Origin: an uncultured Chloroflexia bacterium
GTDB taxonomy: Bacteria > Chloroflexota > Limnocylindria > Limnocylindrales > CSP1-4
Direction of reading: 5' to 3'
DNA: 64,000 nt
Assembly: GCA_963788235.1 (NCBI GenBank)
Contig: CAWBFV010000004.1
Span: 572,996-636,995 of the forward strand
Shown here: piece by piece, positions 41,143 to 51,669 of the stretch
Position numbering within the stretch: the first letter of the stretch is position 1
How the letters are laid out: each line of letters begins with the position of its first letter
Translations under genes and position numbers: made by a program
Notes under the pieces: model-generated
Seen by the model: the letters and a program-made list of their open reading frames with translations, nothing else
The model's database searches: none
Told to the model about the DNA's origin: nothing

Positions 41143-41943
41143 ATGGCCCGCCTTCGTCTCGAGCTCGGCCCGATCCCGCTGCACCATCAGGTCTATCTCG
41201 ACCTGCTCGGGTCGCTCGATGGTGGTCGCTGGGCGCCCGGAGCCCAGCTCCCGACCGAACGCGATCTTGCCGCCGCCTACGGTTGCAGCCTGATCACGGT
41301 CCGCCGCGCGCTCGATGAGCTGGTCCGCGAGGGTCGGATCGAGCGAACGCGCGGACGCGGCACGTTCGTGCTCCGACCGCGGCTGGATCGCGACATCGCC
41401 GGTCGAGCGAGCTTCGCCGAGGAGATGCGCCAGCGCGGGCTCGATCCCGAGACCCGGGTGATCTCGTCGCGACCGGAGGCGGCATCGACCTCCGTCGCCG
41501 CGGCCCTGTCGATGAAGCCCGGCGCGCCAACCGTCTACCTGGAACGACTCCGACTCGCGTCCGGCGAGCCGTACCTGCTCGAGCAGGTGCACCTGCCGGC
41601 CGAGCGCTTCCCCGGTCTCCTCGCGAGCGACCTTGAACGTGGCTCGCTCTACGACCTGCTCGTCACGCGCTATGCGACCCAGGTCGTACGCGCACGCGAG
41701 GCCCTCGAGCCCGTCCTCCTCCGGGCTCGAGAGGCTCGCCTCCTCGGGCAACGACGCGGCGCCCCGGCGCTGCTGATCGAAGGCGTCGCGTTCGCCTCGG
41801 ACGGCACCCCGGTCGAGTTCGGCCGGACGTTCGTGCGGGGCGATCGGTCTCGGTACTACGTCGAACGCAAGGTCGACCGGCCGGCCTGGTCCGGTGTGGT
41901 CGAAGCGATGGCCGCAGCAGGAGGAGGACGACGGTCGGGATGA
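41143..41943 (+). CDS. GntR-family (HutC/DasR/NagR subfamily, UTRA domain) transcriptional regulator
   Basis: PLHHQVY...LPTERDLAAAYGCSLITVRRALDELVREGRIERTRGRGTFV; UTRA SFAEEM...SLYDLL...VRGDR. Confidence 0.93.
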   Translation: MARLRLELGPIPLHHQVYLDLLGSLDGGRWAPGAQLPTERDLAAAYGCSLITVRRALDELVREGRIERTRGRGTFVLRPRLDRDIAGRASFAEEMRQRGLDPETRVISSRPEAASTSVAAALSMKPGAPTVYLERLRLASGEPYLLEQVHLPAERFPGLLASDLERGSLYDLLVTRYATQVVRAREALEPVLLRAREARLLGQRRGAPALLIEGVAFASDGTPVEFGRTFVRGDRSRYYVERKVDRPAWSGVVEAMAAAGGGRRSG

Positions 41944-41987
41944 CATCCACGAGATCCAGCAGATCGAAGCCACAGAGGAGGGTGCTC

Positions 41988-43484
41988 ATGCAACGAGGAC
42001 TGGGACGGCTCGCCGTCCTGCTATCGATCCTGGCGTTGTCGTTCGGTGCCTGCGCCACACCGACGACGAGCTCGGCGCCGTCCGCCTCGGCGGTCGCGTC
42101 GACGCCCGCCGAATCCGGCGAACCCGGCGCGTCCGAGTCGCCGCCGGCGCCGACCCAGCTGCCTGTCACGGGCTCCGGCGCGAAGCCGGGTGATGTCGTG
42201 GTCCGCTGGTATTGCTGCCTCGGGACCGGCGACGCGCCTGAGCAGGTCGAGGTCGAGCTGAAGGTTGCGGATGACTTCAACACCTCGCACCCAGGCATCC
42301 ACCTGCAGTTCGAGGGCTACGTCTTCGAGGCCGCCACCGATGCGCTGTCAGTGCAGCTCGGTTCCGGTAGTGGCCCCGACGTCGTTGGTCCGCTTGGCAT
42401 CGGCGGGGCGAACTCGTTCCATAACCAGTGGCTCGACCTGCAGCCGCTGATCGACAAGAACCAGTTCGACATGAAGCAGTTCCCGGAATCGACCGTCAAC
42501 CTCTACAACGTCGGCGGCGAGGGCCAGGTCGGCATCCCGTACGCCATCTACCCGTCGGTCCTGTTCTACAAGGCGAGTCTCTTCAAGGAGGCTGGGCTTG
42601 CGGAGCCACCGCACGAGTGGAACAGCACCTACACGATGCCGGACGGGTCGAAGGTCCCGTGGGACTTCGACACGGTCAGGAAGCTGGCGGTGTTGTTGAC
42701 CGTCGACCAGAACGGCAAGGACGCGACCGAGGAAGGCTTCGATCCGACGAAGATCGTCCAGTGGGGCTTCGAGCCGCAGCGCGATGACATGCGCCAGACG
42801 GGTGCCTATTTCGGTGCCGGATCGTGGGCAGCCGCGGATGGCAAGACCGTCCAGATGCCCGAGCCGTGGGTCGCCGCGTGGAAGTACCTCTATGAGGGCA
42901 TCTGGAAGGACCACTGGGCAGTCACTGGCCCGCAGTTCCAGAACACCGACTTCAACCCCAGCGGCTACCCGTTCCACACGGGCAAGGTCGCGATGAGCAC
43001 GAACTACCTGTGGTCCCTCTACGGGCTCAAGGACGCAGCCAAGACCTTCACCGACTGGAACATGGCCGCGACGCCGTCCTACAACGGCAAGACCACGGCC
43101 GCGTTCAACGCGGATACGTTCCGAATCCTGAAGACGAGCAAGAACCAGGACGCGGCGTTCGAAGTGCTGAAGTACCTGCTGAGCAACGAAGAGCTGCTCA
43201 AGCTGTACGGCGGCATGCCCGCCGTCGAATCGAAGCAAGACGCGTTCCTGCAAACACTCCAGGCCGACTACTCGCAGACAATCGACTGGAACGTGGCGAA
43301 GCAGGGTGTCAACTTCGCGGATGTGCCCAACTTCGAGTCGTTCACACCCGCGTACAACGAGACCTTCACGCTGATCCAGAAGTTCTGGACCAAGTGGCAG
43401 GCCACCGATGGCCTCAACCTCGACCCTGAGATCGCCGACATGAAATCGCAGATGCAGGCCATCTGGGATAAGGCCGGCGGCTGA
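41988..43484 (+). CDS. Carbohydrate ABC transporter substrate-binding lipoprotein
   Basis: Lipobox FGAC, S/P-rich linker, GIPYAIYPSVLFYKASLFKEAGL, FHTGKVAM; SD GAGGAGG. Confidence 0.9.
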   Translation: MQRGLGRLAVLLSILALSFGACATPTTSSAPSASAVASTPAESGEPGASESPPAPTQLPVTGSGAKPGDVVVRWYCCLGTGDAPEQVEVELKVADDFNTSHPGIHLQFEGYVFEAATDALSVQLGSGSGPDVVGPLGIGGANSFHNQWLDLQPLIDKNQFDMKQFPESTVNLYNVGGEGQVGIPYAIYPSVLFYKASLFKEAGLAEPPHEWNSTYTMPDGSKVPWDFDTVRKLAVLLTVDQNGKDATEEGFDPTKIVQWGFEPQRDDMRQTGAYFGAGSWAAADGKTVQMPEPWVAAWKYLYEGIWKDHWAVTGPQFQNTDFNPSGYPFHTGKVAMSTNYLWSLYGLKDAAKTFTDWNMAATPSYNGKTTAAFNADTFRILKTSKNQDAAFEVLKYLLSNEELLKLYGGMPAVESKQDAFLQTLQADYSQTIDWNVAKQGVNFADVPNFESFTPAYNETFTLIQKFWTKWQATDGLNLDPEIADMKSQMQAIWDKAGG

Positions 43485-43486
43485 CC

Positions 43487-44434
43487 ATGGTCGCCCCCAG
43501 CGTCGCGCGCCCGCGCAGCCTCCCGCGCCTGTCCGGGCTGGCCTGGCGGCGCGCGCGCTGGGGCTACGTCTTCATCGCGCCGTGGATCATCGGCTTCCTG
43601 GCGTTCACGCTCTTCCCGATGATCGCGACATTCATCTTCTCGCTGACCAACATCAACCTCGCCCAGGAGAAGCCACTCCAGTTCGTCGGGCTCAAGAACT
43701 ACGAGGCGCTGCTGAAGGACCACCAGGTCTGGGAGTCGCTCGGCATCACGCTCAAGTTCGCCGCACTCGCCCTGCCGGTCGCGGTGGTCCTGCCGTTCGT
43801 CGTCGCGCTGCTCCTCCATTCGCGCCACCTGCGTGGCTCGGGCGCGTTCCGCGTCCTGTTCTTCATGCCGTATGTCGTGCCGTTCGTCGCGGGCGTGTTC
43901 ATCTGGCAAGGGATGCTCAATTCCGACACGGGCTGGGTCAACATCGTGCTCAGGGGGATCGGCGTCGCCAAACCGCCGGACTGGCTCGAGGATCCGGCCT
44001 GGATCTACCCGGGGCTCGTCATCATGGGCGTCTGGGGGATCGGCGCCGGGGTCATCGTCTACCTTGCCGGTCTCAAGGGCGTCCCGAGCGATCTCTACGA
44101 GGCGGCCAAGATCGACGGCGCGAACGCCTGGCAATCGCTTCGGAACATCACGATCCCGTTGATGACCCCGGTGATCTTCTACACGATCGTGCTGGGCGTC
44201 GTCGAGGTCCTCCAGTACTTCCTCGTGCCACTCGTCCTCAAGAACGGGACCGGTGAGCCAGGCGGTTCGACCAGCTTCTACAACCTCTACCTGTACAAAC
44301 AGTTCTTCTCGTTCCAGAACATGTCATACGGGGCCACCATGGCCTGGCTCCTGTTCGTCATCACGCTGGGCATCACGCTGGTGCTGTTCGGGACGGCGCG
44401 CCGCTGGGTCTATTACGCCGGAGAGGCCCGATGA
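43487..44434 (+). CDS. Carbohydrate ABC transporter permease (MalF-like)
   Basis: YVFIAPWIIGF, FVGLKNY, EAA loop LAGLKGVPSDLYEAAKIDGA. Confidence 0.94.
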   Translation: MVAPSVARPRSLPRLSGLAWRRARWGYVFIAPWIIGFLAFTLFPMIATFIFSLTNINLAQEKPLQFVGLKNYEALLKDHQVWESLGITLKFAALALPVAVVLPFVVALLLHSRHLRGSGAFRVLFFMPYVVPFVAGVFIWQGMLNSDTGWVNIVLRGIGVAKPPDWLEDPAWIYPGLVIMGVWGIGAGVIVYLAGLKGVPSDLYEAAKIDGANAWQSLRNITIPLMTPVIFYTIVLGVVEVLQYFLVPLVLKNGTGEPGGSTSFYNLYLYKQFFSFQNMSYGATMAWLLFVITLGITLVLFGTARRWVYYAGEAR

Positions 44435-45537
44435 CGGCTGTTGCCGTCTCGGGACGAGGGCGCCTCTTTCGGCGCCGAGCCGGGGTCGCTGCCGGGAGCC
44501 GCCCGCCTCGAGAGCGCGGCGACTCGACGCGGTCGTTCCTGCTGACGTTGATCGCCGTCCTGACCGTTGCCGCCTTCCTGTCGCCGTTTTTGCGCTCGAT
44601 CAGCTACTCATTGAAGACATCGGAGCAGATCACCCAGGCCCACGCTCCGCTGTACCCGGCCGACCAGGTGACGTTCTCCTACGGGGGCAAGGAGTTGCCC
44701 CTCTACTCCGTCCCGCTGCCGGACGGAACGACCAAGGTCCTCGCGCTGCTGGAGCCGCTGCGCAAGCAGAGCACCTTCGTCGACCCGGCCGCCCCGGAGG
44801 CCGCGCCGATCGTCTGGCAAGGCTCGTGGCGGACGCTCGATCCCGTCTGGGAGTTCGCTCCGCATTGGGAGAACTTCGGGAAGGTCTGGAAGCTGATCGA
44901 CTTCCCGAGGCTGCTGTTCAACACGATCGTCATCGCCGTGCTGTCAACGATCGGGACGCTGCTGTCGTGCACGCTCGTCGCTTACGGCTTCGCCCGGTTC
45001 AGGTTCCCTGGGCGCAACCTGCTGTTCACGCTGCTGATCGCGACGATCTTCCTGCCGGCGGCCGTGACGATCATCCCGACCTACACGATCTTCCAGCGCA
45101 TCGGCTGGGTCGGCACGTGGTTGCCCCTCATCGTCCCGGCGTTCTTCGCGAATGCCTATGACGTGTTCCTCATGCGCCAGTACTTCCTGACCATCCCGAC
45201 CGAGCTTGACGAGGCCGCCGCCATCGACGGGGCGGGCCCATTCCGGATCTTGATCTCCGTCGTCCTCCCCCAGGCCTGGCCGGTCATCGTCGCTGTGGCG
45301 ATCTTCCACCTCGTGTACTCCTGGAACGACTTCTTCGGGCCGCTTCTCTATACGGCCGGCAAGGTCGAGATCCAGACCGTCGCGCTCGGGCTCCAGCGGT
45401 TCAACGGCATCCACTTCCGGGAGCCGGGGCTCATCCAGGCCGGCACCCTGATGACGCTCGTGATCCCGGTCATCGCCTTCCTGCTCACCCAGCGGTTCTT
45501 CACGCGGGGCATCGTCATCACCGGCGTGGACAAGTAG
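44431..45537 (+). CDS. Carbohydrate ABC transporter permease (MalG-like)
   Basis: AYGFARFRFPGR, FLMRQYFLTIPTELDEAAAIDGA, WNDFFGPL. Confidence 0.94.
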   Translation: MTAVAVSGRGRLFRRRAGVAAGSRPPRERGDSTRSFLLTLIAVLTVAAFLSPFLRSISYSLKTSEQITQAHAPLYPADQVTFSYGGKELPLYSVPLPDGTTKVLALLEPLRKQSTFVDPAAPEAAPIVWQGSWRTLDPVWEFAPHWENFGKVWKLIDFPRLLFNTIVIAVLSTIGTLLSCTLVAYGFARFRFPGRNLLFTLLIATIFLPAAVTIIPTYTIFQRIGWVGTWLPLIVPAFFANAYDVFLMRQYFLTIPTELDEAAAIDGAGPFRILISVVLPQAWPVIVAVAIFHLVYSWNDFFGPLLYTAGKVEIQTVALGLQRFNGIHFREPGLIQAGTLMTLVIPVIAFLLTQRFFTRGIVITGVDK

Positions 45538-45544
45538 CGCCTCG

Positions 45545-46141
45545 ATGACCTTTCGGGTCGCCTTGACCTTCGACGCCGAACACCCTGACCGACCCCATCG
45601 CATCGGTGCGACCGAGCACGTCCTCGACCGGCTGGCCGAGGAGGGCATCCGGGCGACGTTCTTCATCCAGGGACGCTGGGCTGAGGCCTTTCCGCTGCTC
45701 GCGCGGTCCGTCGCGGAGCGCGGCCACCTCATCGGCAACCACTCCTTCTATCACGCCCGCATGCCGCTGCTGTCGAGGAGCGGGCTGGCGACCGATGTTC
45801 GAGCCGCCGAGCGGGCGATCGTCGCGACGACCGGCATCGACCCCCGTCCGTGGTTCCGCTGCCCGTTCGGTGCCGGCAGCGAGAACCCGGCGGTGCTGGC
45901 CGGTCTGGCGCGACTCGGCTATCGCGACATCGGCTGGGACGTCGAGGGCGCCGACTGGCGGCCGAGCCGCCGCGGGCGCGGCATGGCCGGTCAGATGGTG
46001 GCCGAAGCCATCGCTCGTGGCGACGGCGCCGTCCTGCTGCTCCATCCGTGGACGACGGCGACCGGTCTCGGCCTCGACCCGTTGATCGCCGGCCTGCGCG
46101 ACGCCGGGGCGACCTTCGTCGGGGTGGACGAGCTCGCATGA
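45545..46141 (+). CDS. Polysaccharide deacetylase (CE4/NodB), no signal peptide
   Basis: VALTFDAE, ATFFIQG, IGNHSFYH, FRCPFG, GWDV...DW, VLLLH. Confidence 0.88.
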   Translation: MTFRVALTFDAEHPDRPHRIGATEHVLDRLAEEGIRATFFIQGRWAEAFPLLARSVAERGHLIGNHSFYHARMPLLSRSGLATDVRAAERAIVATTGIDPRPWFRCPFGAGSENPAVLAGLARLGYRDIGWDVEGADWRPSRRGRGMAGQMVAEAIARGDGAVLLLHPWTTATGLGLDPLIAGLRDAGATFVGVDELA

Positions 46142-47196
46142 AGACGGTCCTCGCAGTCGACGGGGGGAACTCGAAGACCGATGTCGCGCTGGTCGCGGAG
46201 GATGGCCGGCTGCTCGCCGCCGTCCGCGGCCTGACGAGCTCGCACCAGGCGGTCGGCCTGGCGAGCGGCATGGAGCAACTCGCGGGGCTCGTCGCCGATG
46301 CCACCGCACGCGCCGGGCTCGAGCATCGGCCCGAGCTGGCGGTCTACACCATCGCCGGTGCCGACACGAAGGCCGACATCCGGTTGCTCACCCAGGCGCT
46401 CTCGGCGCGCGGCTTCGCCGAACGGGACGTCATCCGGAACGACGCGTTCGGGGCGCTCCGGGCGGGTACCGACCGATCCTGGGGTGTCGTCGTGATCTGC
46501 GGCCATGGGGTCAACGCGGCCGGCGTCGGCCCGACCGGGCGCGAGGTCCGCCTCGATGCGCTCGGCGACATCTCGGGCGATTGGGGCGGCGGCACGGACG
46601 TCGGGTGGCAGGGTCTCGCTGGCGCGGTCCGAGCTCGCGACGGACGGGGGCCTCGTACGCGCCTGGAGCGCGACGTGCCGGCCTATTTCGGCCTGAAGTC
46701 GCCGCCGGCGGTCACGTCCGCGTTCTACCGCGGCGCGATCTCGACGGACCGGGTCGCCGAGCTGTCACCGGTCGTCTTCGCCGCGGCGGGGGCGGGCGAC
46801 GCGGTCGCCCGCTCGATCGTCGACCGGCTGGCCGACGAGGTCGTCGTCATGGCCGGCGCGATGATGCGTCGCCTCCACCTGACCCGAACCGATCCCGACG
46901 TCGTCCTGGGTGGTGGCGTGTTCCGGACCGACGAGCCGCGCTTCTACGAGCGGATCGCCGCGGGAGTCGCGGAGATCGCCCCTGCGGCCCGCATCGTCCG
47001 GCTGTCGGCGCCTCCGGTCGCCGGTGCGGCGTTACTCGGCCTGGATACGTTCGCCGGCCGCACCGTCCCACCGAAGGTCAGTAGCGCGGTTCGTGCCGCC
47101 ATCGGGTCCTGGGATGCTGATGTTCAGCGAAGCGCGTCGGGCCCTCGGGCCGCGAGCAGCCGACCCAGCTCCGCGCGGTCCGGCAAGCCCGCCTGA
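46138..47196 (+). CDS. BadF/BadG/BcrA/BcrD-type sugar kinase (N-acetylglucosamine kinase-like)
   Basis: [43 protein letters not shown]; ATGA overlap with the deacetylase. Confidence 0.88.
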   Translation: MKTVLAVDGGNSKTDVALVAEDGRLLAAVRGLTSSHQAVGLASGMEQLAGLVADATARAGLEHRPELAVYTIAGADTKADIRLLTQALSARGFAERDVIRNDAFGALRAGTDRSWGVVVICGHGVNAAGVGPTGREVRLDALGDISGDWGGGTDVGWQGLAGAVRARDGRGPRTRLERDVPAYFGLKSPPAVTSAFYRGAISTDRVAELSPVVFAAAGAGDAVARSIVDRLADEVVVMAGAMMRRLHLTRTDPDVVLGGGVFRTDEPRFYERIAAGVAEIAPAARIVRLSAPPVAGAALLGLDTFAGRTVPPKVSSAVRAAIGSWDADVQRSASGPRAASSRPSSARSGKPA

Positions 47197-48103
47197 TCCC
47201 CGACTGGCGGAGACCGCCAGGGCGCCGCAGGCGTTGCCCATCCGGAGCGCCGTCTCGAGGTCGACGCCGTCCAGCCGCCCCGCGATGAACCCGGCACAGA
47301 ACGCATCGCCGGCCCCGACGGGATCGACCACCGTGGCGACGGGCAGCGCCTCGATGCGGACGGCCGAGCCGCCCGTTTCGACCCCGATCGCCCCGCCGGT
47401 CCCGAGCTTGGCGACGACGGTCGTGGGTCCGAAAGCCGTCACGCCGGAGGCCAGCTGGGAGGGATCGTCGTCCGGGTCGGCGTCGACGAGGACCGCGAGC
47501 TCGTCGGGGCTGCCGAAGACCACGTCCACGCCGGCGACCAGCGCCCGCAGGACCGGAGCGGCATCGGCGTCCGTCCAGAGCCGCCGCCGCAGGTTGAGGT
47601 CGAGGCTGATCGTCAGCCCGTGCTGTCGCGCCACGTCTCGGGCCCGCGTCGTCGCCTCGCGAGCTGTCGCCGACAGCGCCGGCGTGATCCCGGTCAGGTG
47701 CATCCAGCGAGCACCGATCGAGGGCGCCCTCGTCGACCGCCTGATCGACGTCCTCCGGGCAGAGCTTCGAGGCCGCCGAGCCCCGGCGGTGGTAGACGAC
47801 GTCGATCGGACCGAGCGATCGACGCTCCCGGAACATGACACCGGTCGGCGCCGCATCGTCCGTGGCGAGGTACCGCACGTCGACGCCCTCGCCGCGGAGC
47901 CGTCGAACGATCGCGGTGCCGAACCCGTCGGCGCCGACACGTCCGATGTACGTGACGGTGTGCCCGAGCCGCGCCAATCCGACGGCGAGGTTGGCTTCCG
48001 CGCCGGCCACGTGCCGCTCGAAGCCGATCGCCTCTGCCAGCGGTCCGGGAGCCGTGCCGACGAACGATGCGAGGCACTCACCGAGCGTGACGACGTCGCT
48101 CAC
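47124..48103 (-). CDS. kdgK: PfkB-family kinase, 2-keto-3-deoxygluconate kinase-like; frameshifts near 47720 and 47205
   Basis: [64 protein letters not shown]; adjacent to the aldolase. Confidence 0.82.
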
Positions 48104-48759
48104 CAGGCTGCCTGCCCGTCGGCCCGAGCCGCGGCGACGGCCGCGACCGCTTGGGTGGCGCGTTCTTCCACCGACGTGGCGCCACCCGCGAACAGCCAGC
48201 TGCCGAGCCCGATCGCCACGGCGCCGGCCCGGATGAAGTCACCCGCGCTCTCGACGGTGACGCCGCCCGTCGGCATCAGGGGCACGTCGGGGAGGGGACC
48301 GCGCAGCTCGCGGAGGAACGTCGGGCCGAGACTGGAGGCCGGGAACACCTTCACGCCGGCGGCGCCGGCTCGCCAGGCGGCGAGCACCTCGGTCGGGGTG
48401 GCGGCGCCGGGCAATATCGCGATGCCCTGTCCGGCAGCCCATGCGACGAGCTCTGTATCGAGATGCGGCGAGACGAGGAACGCCGCACCGGCGTCGATCG
48501 CCCGCCGTGCAGCCTCGATCGACAGGACCGTCCCGGCGCCGATGCACAGGGTCGTGCCGGTCGCATGCCGGACGGCGACCCCGAGTGCCTCGAGCGCGGC
48601 GTCCTCCGGGTCGTTGAGCGTGAGCTCCAGCGCGTGGACCCCGCCTCGGAGGAGCCCCTCACAGGTCGACGCGACGGCCGTCGGATCGAGGCGACGCGCG
48701 ATCGCGACCACGCCGGGCTCCGTGATGGCCGCGGGGATCGCCGGACGCCGATCGATCAC
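48100..48759 (-). CDS. eda: KDPG/KHG aldolase
   Basis: [47 protein letters not shown]. Confidence 0.9.
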   Translation of the reverse strand: MIDRRPAIPAAITEPGVVAIARRLDPTAVASTCEGLLRGGVHALELTLNDPEDAALEALGVAVRHATGTTLCIGAGTVLSIEAARRAIDAGAAFLVSPHLDTELVAWAAGQGIAILPGAATPTEVLAAWRAGAAGVKVFPASSLGPTFLRELRGPLPDVPLMPTGGVTVESAGDFIRAGAVAIGLGSWLFAGGATSVEERATQAVAAVAAARADGQAAW

Positions 48760-48760
48760 C

Positions 48761-48982
48761 TCAGTTCGGCTTGCCGCGCTGGCGGTAGAACGCCCAGCAC
48801 TCGAGGACCTCGTCGTGATCCTCGTTGCAGCTGCTCGCCAGCGTCCCGCCTTCGACCTCGATCCGGGTGCTGCCTGGGTCGATCTGGTCCTGGGTCGCCA
48901 CCGAGCGGCCACGGAGGTAATTGAGCAGTCGATGGTCGGCGACGATCTTGTCGCCGAGCGCGCGCGAATGTGGTTTCGTCAT
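48761..48982 (-). CDS. Small hypothetical protein (73 aa) at the head of eda-kdgK
   Basis: [25 protein letters not shown]...[14 protein letters not shown]; SD GGGAGG; stop 1 nt before the eda GTG. Confidence 0.6.
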   Translation of the reverse strand: MTKPHSRALGDKIVADHRLLNYLRGRSVATQDQIDPGSTRIEVEGGTLASSCNEDHDEVLECWAFYRQRGKPN

Positions 48983-49138
48983 GCCTCCCTCGGGCTCCGG
49001 TTTGGGCTATTGTCTCCCGCCAAGACGGCACGCACGGTCCAGATCTCGATCAGTCATCGCACGATCCACGCGGCGACCACCCAGACGTCCCCGCAACGGC
49101 GTGTCGTCAGTCATCGGACGTTGAGAGAGGGCGCCAGG

Positions 49139-49525
49139 ATGACCGACGAAGGCAAGGAGAGGACGACAGCGCAAGCCCTGCAGGAATGGCGGGCCGCTGA
49201 ACGAACGGCGGCGGTCGCCAGGCGTGGCAGGGTCGCGGCCGAGGCCGCGGCCATGGCCGCCGAGGAGGCCGCCGAGGCTGCGACCGCGACGTCGTCGGCG
49301 GCCCGGGCGGCGCTGGAATCGGCAAAGCTCGCTGAGACATCGGCCGCAAAGACGGCCCATGCCGCCAAGGTCGTGGTGCACTCGACGCGCGCCGACCTCG
49401 CGGACGCAGAGTCCGACGAGGCAACGGCGGATGTCGACGAGGCGATGGCCCGCGAGATCTATCGGCAGGCGTCGGATCGGGCCACGACCCGCGACAAGGA
49501 ACGGCGATCACCGACGGATAGCTGA
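49139..49525 (+). CDS. Ala-rich helical hypothetical protein (EWRAAER motif)
   Basis: [30 protein letters not shown]...; GAGAGGG upstream. Confidence 0.7.
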   Translation: MTDEGKERTTAQALQEWRAAERTAAVARRGRVAAEAAAMAAEEAAEAATATSSAARAALESAKLAETSAAKTAHAAKVVVHSTRADLADAESDEATADVDEAMAREIYRQASDRATTRDKERRSPTDS

Positions 49526-49527
49526 CC

Positions 49528-51045
49528 TCACGGCGCGGTGATCTCGATCTCGCGCCACGCGACCCACGATGGGCTGGCGCGGGTCTCGATCCGGATGAAC
49601 CGGCATCGGGCATCCGCAGGGGAGCGGACCTCGAGGACGTCGAGATCCTTGGTCGCACCCGACAGGACGCCGAGACGGGTCGCATCCCCGCTTGGCCGGC
49701 GTCGACACGTGATCACATGGCGCGTCCGACCGGCAGGATCCTGTCCCACGGTGAGGCGGATCACGCCGATCGCACGTGCCCGGTCGAGATCGATCTCGAT
49801 CCAGGCCGGCGGGCCCGTGCCGGCATTCCAGATCGTGTCCGGATCTCCGTCTGTGGCCTGGATGGCCGGCGCGTCCCGGAGCGCTGACGAGGCACTGATC
49901 GGCCGGCCGATGGCGAGGTTTGTCGAGTCACGAGTGCCAGCCAACGAGCCCGGGTCGTCTACAAAGCGATTCACGAGAGCGGTGAACGTCGTCGGGTCAC
50001 GCTCGGGCAGCACGTGGTCGGGCTTGTCCATCCATGATTGGAACACGACGTGGTCGGGTCGTGCGCCATCGGCGAGGTGTTCCAGCACTCGTCGACCCGC
50101 GATGCGTCCCCACGCCTCGTCGCTCGTCGCGGCGCCGCCGTTGTAGATCATTCCGATCGGGACGCCCTGGCTGCGCGAGGCAACCTCGATGTCGAGCGCG
50201 AGATCGGCCCACCCGAACCGCGACCAGTCCATGTCGAGATGGAGGAACGCGAGCGGCTCGCCTACGGCGACTCGGTACGCGGCGAGCCAGTCGGACACGT
50301 CTCGCGCCTCGATCGGCGCGGGTGTCGGCTCGATGTCGCCGACGATGACCTCGGGCCACTCCTGGCGCAGCGCACGGACGAAGTCGGCGACGCCGTCGGC
50401 CACGCGATCGACCGGCCAGTGGCAGGCATTCGGCCCGTCGTACTGGTGGGCGAAGTAATACGGCTCATCGAGCGCGATCACCTGGATGGTTCCGCCGGCC
50501 TGCCGAACGCGCTGGCTCAGCAGCCGGCCCTCTTCGATCCCAGCGAAACTCTCGACGCCGGACCCGCAACCGGGTGGTGCATCGAGGGGTCCCATCTCGA
50601 CCGCCAGCACCTCGTGACGGGCTCGGATGCCCTCGACCGCAGCGCGGAGTTGGTCGGATGGGGCGTGGGCGACCCACTCGCCATACAGCTTGAAGACGCC
50701 GATCCGGCTCGAAGCCAGGTCCCAGTCGGCGGCGGGTGCGAAGAGGTCGATGAAGTCGTCGGAGCCTGTGAACGGTCGTCCGGGTCCCCTCGGCAACGGT
50801 GGCAGTGGCGCGAACCAGATCAACGGCCTGGCCGACAGGTCGGCCGGGGTAGGTCGAGGGGTCGCTATCCCGGTAGGGGAGGCGGTCGCGATCGAAGCCG
50901 ACGGGCTCGCCGCCAAGGTCTCGTTCGACGCCGCCGCAGGAGCCGTCGGAGCCGGCCCGCCGCATGCGCTCGCGATCAGGATGACGATCGCTGCGCTGAC
51001 TACCGCCCGATTCAGGGAAACGCCCGGTTGACGAACGTCGGCCAA
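49528..51045 (-). CDS. Lipoprotein with an unknown catalytic-looking domain and a C-terminal discoidin (F5/8 type C, CBM32-like) domain; start uncertain
   Basis: Lipobox ASAC, P/T linker, central IALDEPYY domain, C-terminal NLAIGRPISASS...ATDGDPDTIW...WIEIDL...RFIRIE...WREIEI. Confidence 0.75.
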   Translation of the reverse strand: MADVRQPGVSLNRAVVSAAIVILIASACGGPAPTAPAAASNETLAASPSASIATASPTGIATPRPTPADLSARPLIWFAPLPPLPRGPGRPFTGSDDFIDLFAPAADWDLASSRIGVFKLYGEWVAHAPSDQLRAAVEGIRARHEVLAVEMGPLDAPPGCGSGVESFAGIEEGRLLSQRVRQAGGTIQVIALDEPYYFAHQYDGPNACHWPVDRVADGVADFVRALRQEWPEVIVGDIEPTPAPIEARDVSDWLAAYRVAVGEPLAFLHLDMDWSRFGWADLALDIEVASRSQGVPIGMIYNGGAATSDEAWGRIAGRRVLEHLADGARPDHVVFQSWMDKPDHVLPERDPTTFTALVNRFVDDPGSLAGTRDSTNLAIGRPISASSALRDAPAIQATDGDPDTIWNAGTGPPAWIEIDLDRARAIGVIRLTVGQDPAGRTRHVITCRRRPSGDATRLGVLSGATKDLDVLEVRSPADARCRFIRIETRASPSWVAWREIEITAP

Positions 51046-51137
51046 CGGCGGAGGCTGCGGATCATGTTCGGGATCTGGGATCGCACGGGAGCAATCCTCC
51101 TCCTCGGCCGTCGCCGGTTCGTCGCGCTGTGATCCGT

Positions 51138-51641
51138 ATGGATCGATCTAGGTCCTGGACGTGGTGGGCGACGCTCACCGGCGTCATCGCCACGATCGCC
51201 GGGATCGCGGTCCTGGTCGTCTACGCGTTGAGCGAGGTCCTGGCCGACCCGTCGCTGTCGCTCGAGGACGGCTACTGGATCGGCCGACTGCCGTGGACCA
51301 CCGTCGGCGTGGCACTGACCGTCCTCGGCGCGACCGTTGCCCTGGTGGCCGGCGCGTTGACGGCATGGATCGCCGGCGGAGCGGTCCGTCGCGTGGTGAC
51401 GGCGCTGGCCGTCGCTGTGGGGGCCTTCTGGTGGCTGCTCGTGAGCGTGCCGCTCGTCGGCATGACGGGAGGGTGCTGCGGCCCGCGACCGGATTTCGAC
51501 CCTTTGACCATCGCGTACTCACTCCCCCAAGCGGTCGTGCTCTACCTGCTGCTGCCAGCCGGCGTGGCGGCGATCGCCGGTCTGACCGCGACACGAATAG
51601 AGCCAGTCGATCGGAACCGGACGCTCGCGGGTCTAGGCTAG
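51138..51641 (+). CDS. Hypothetical four-TM membrane protein
   Basis: Four hydrophobic segments; EDGYWIGRLPW loop. Confidence 0.65.
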   Translation: MDRSRSWTWWATLTGVIATIAGIAVLVVYALSEVLADPSLSLEDGYWIGRLPWTTVGVALTVLGATVALVAGALTAWIAGGAVRRVVTALAVAVGAFWWLLVSVPLVGMTGGCCGPRPDFDPLTIAYSLPQAVVLYLLLPAGVAAIAGLTATRIEPVDRNRTLAGLG

Positions 51642-51669
51642 CCGTCGGCATGGCCGGAAGGAGGCGCCG

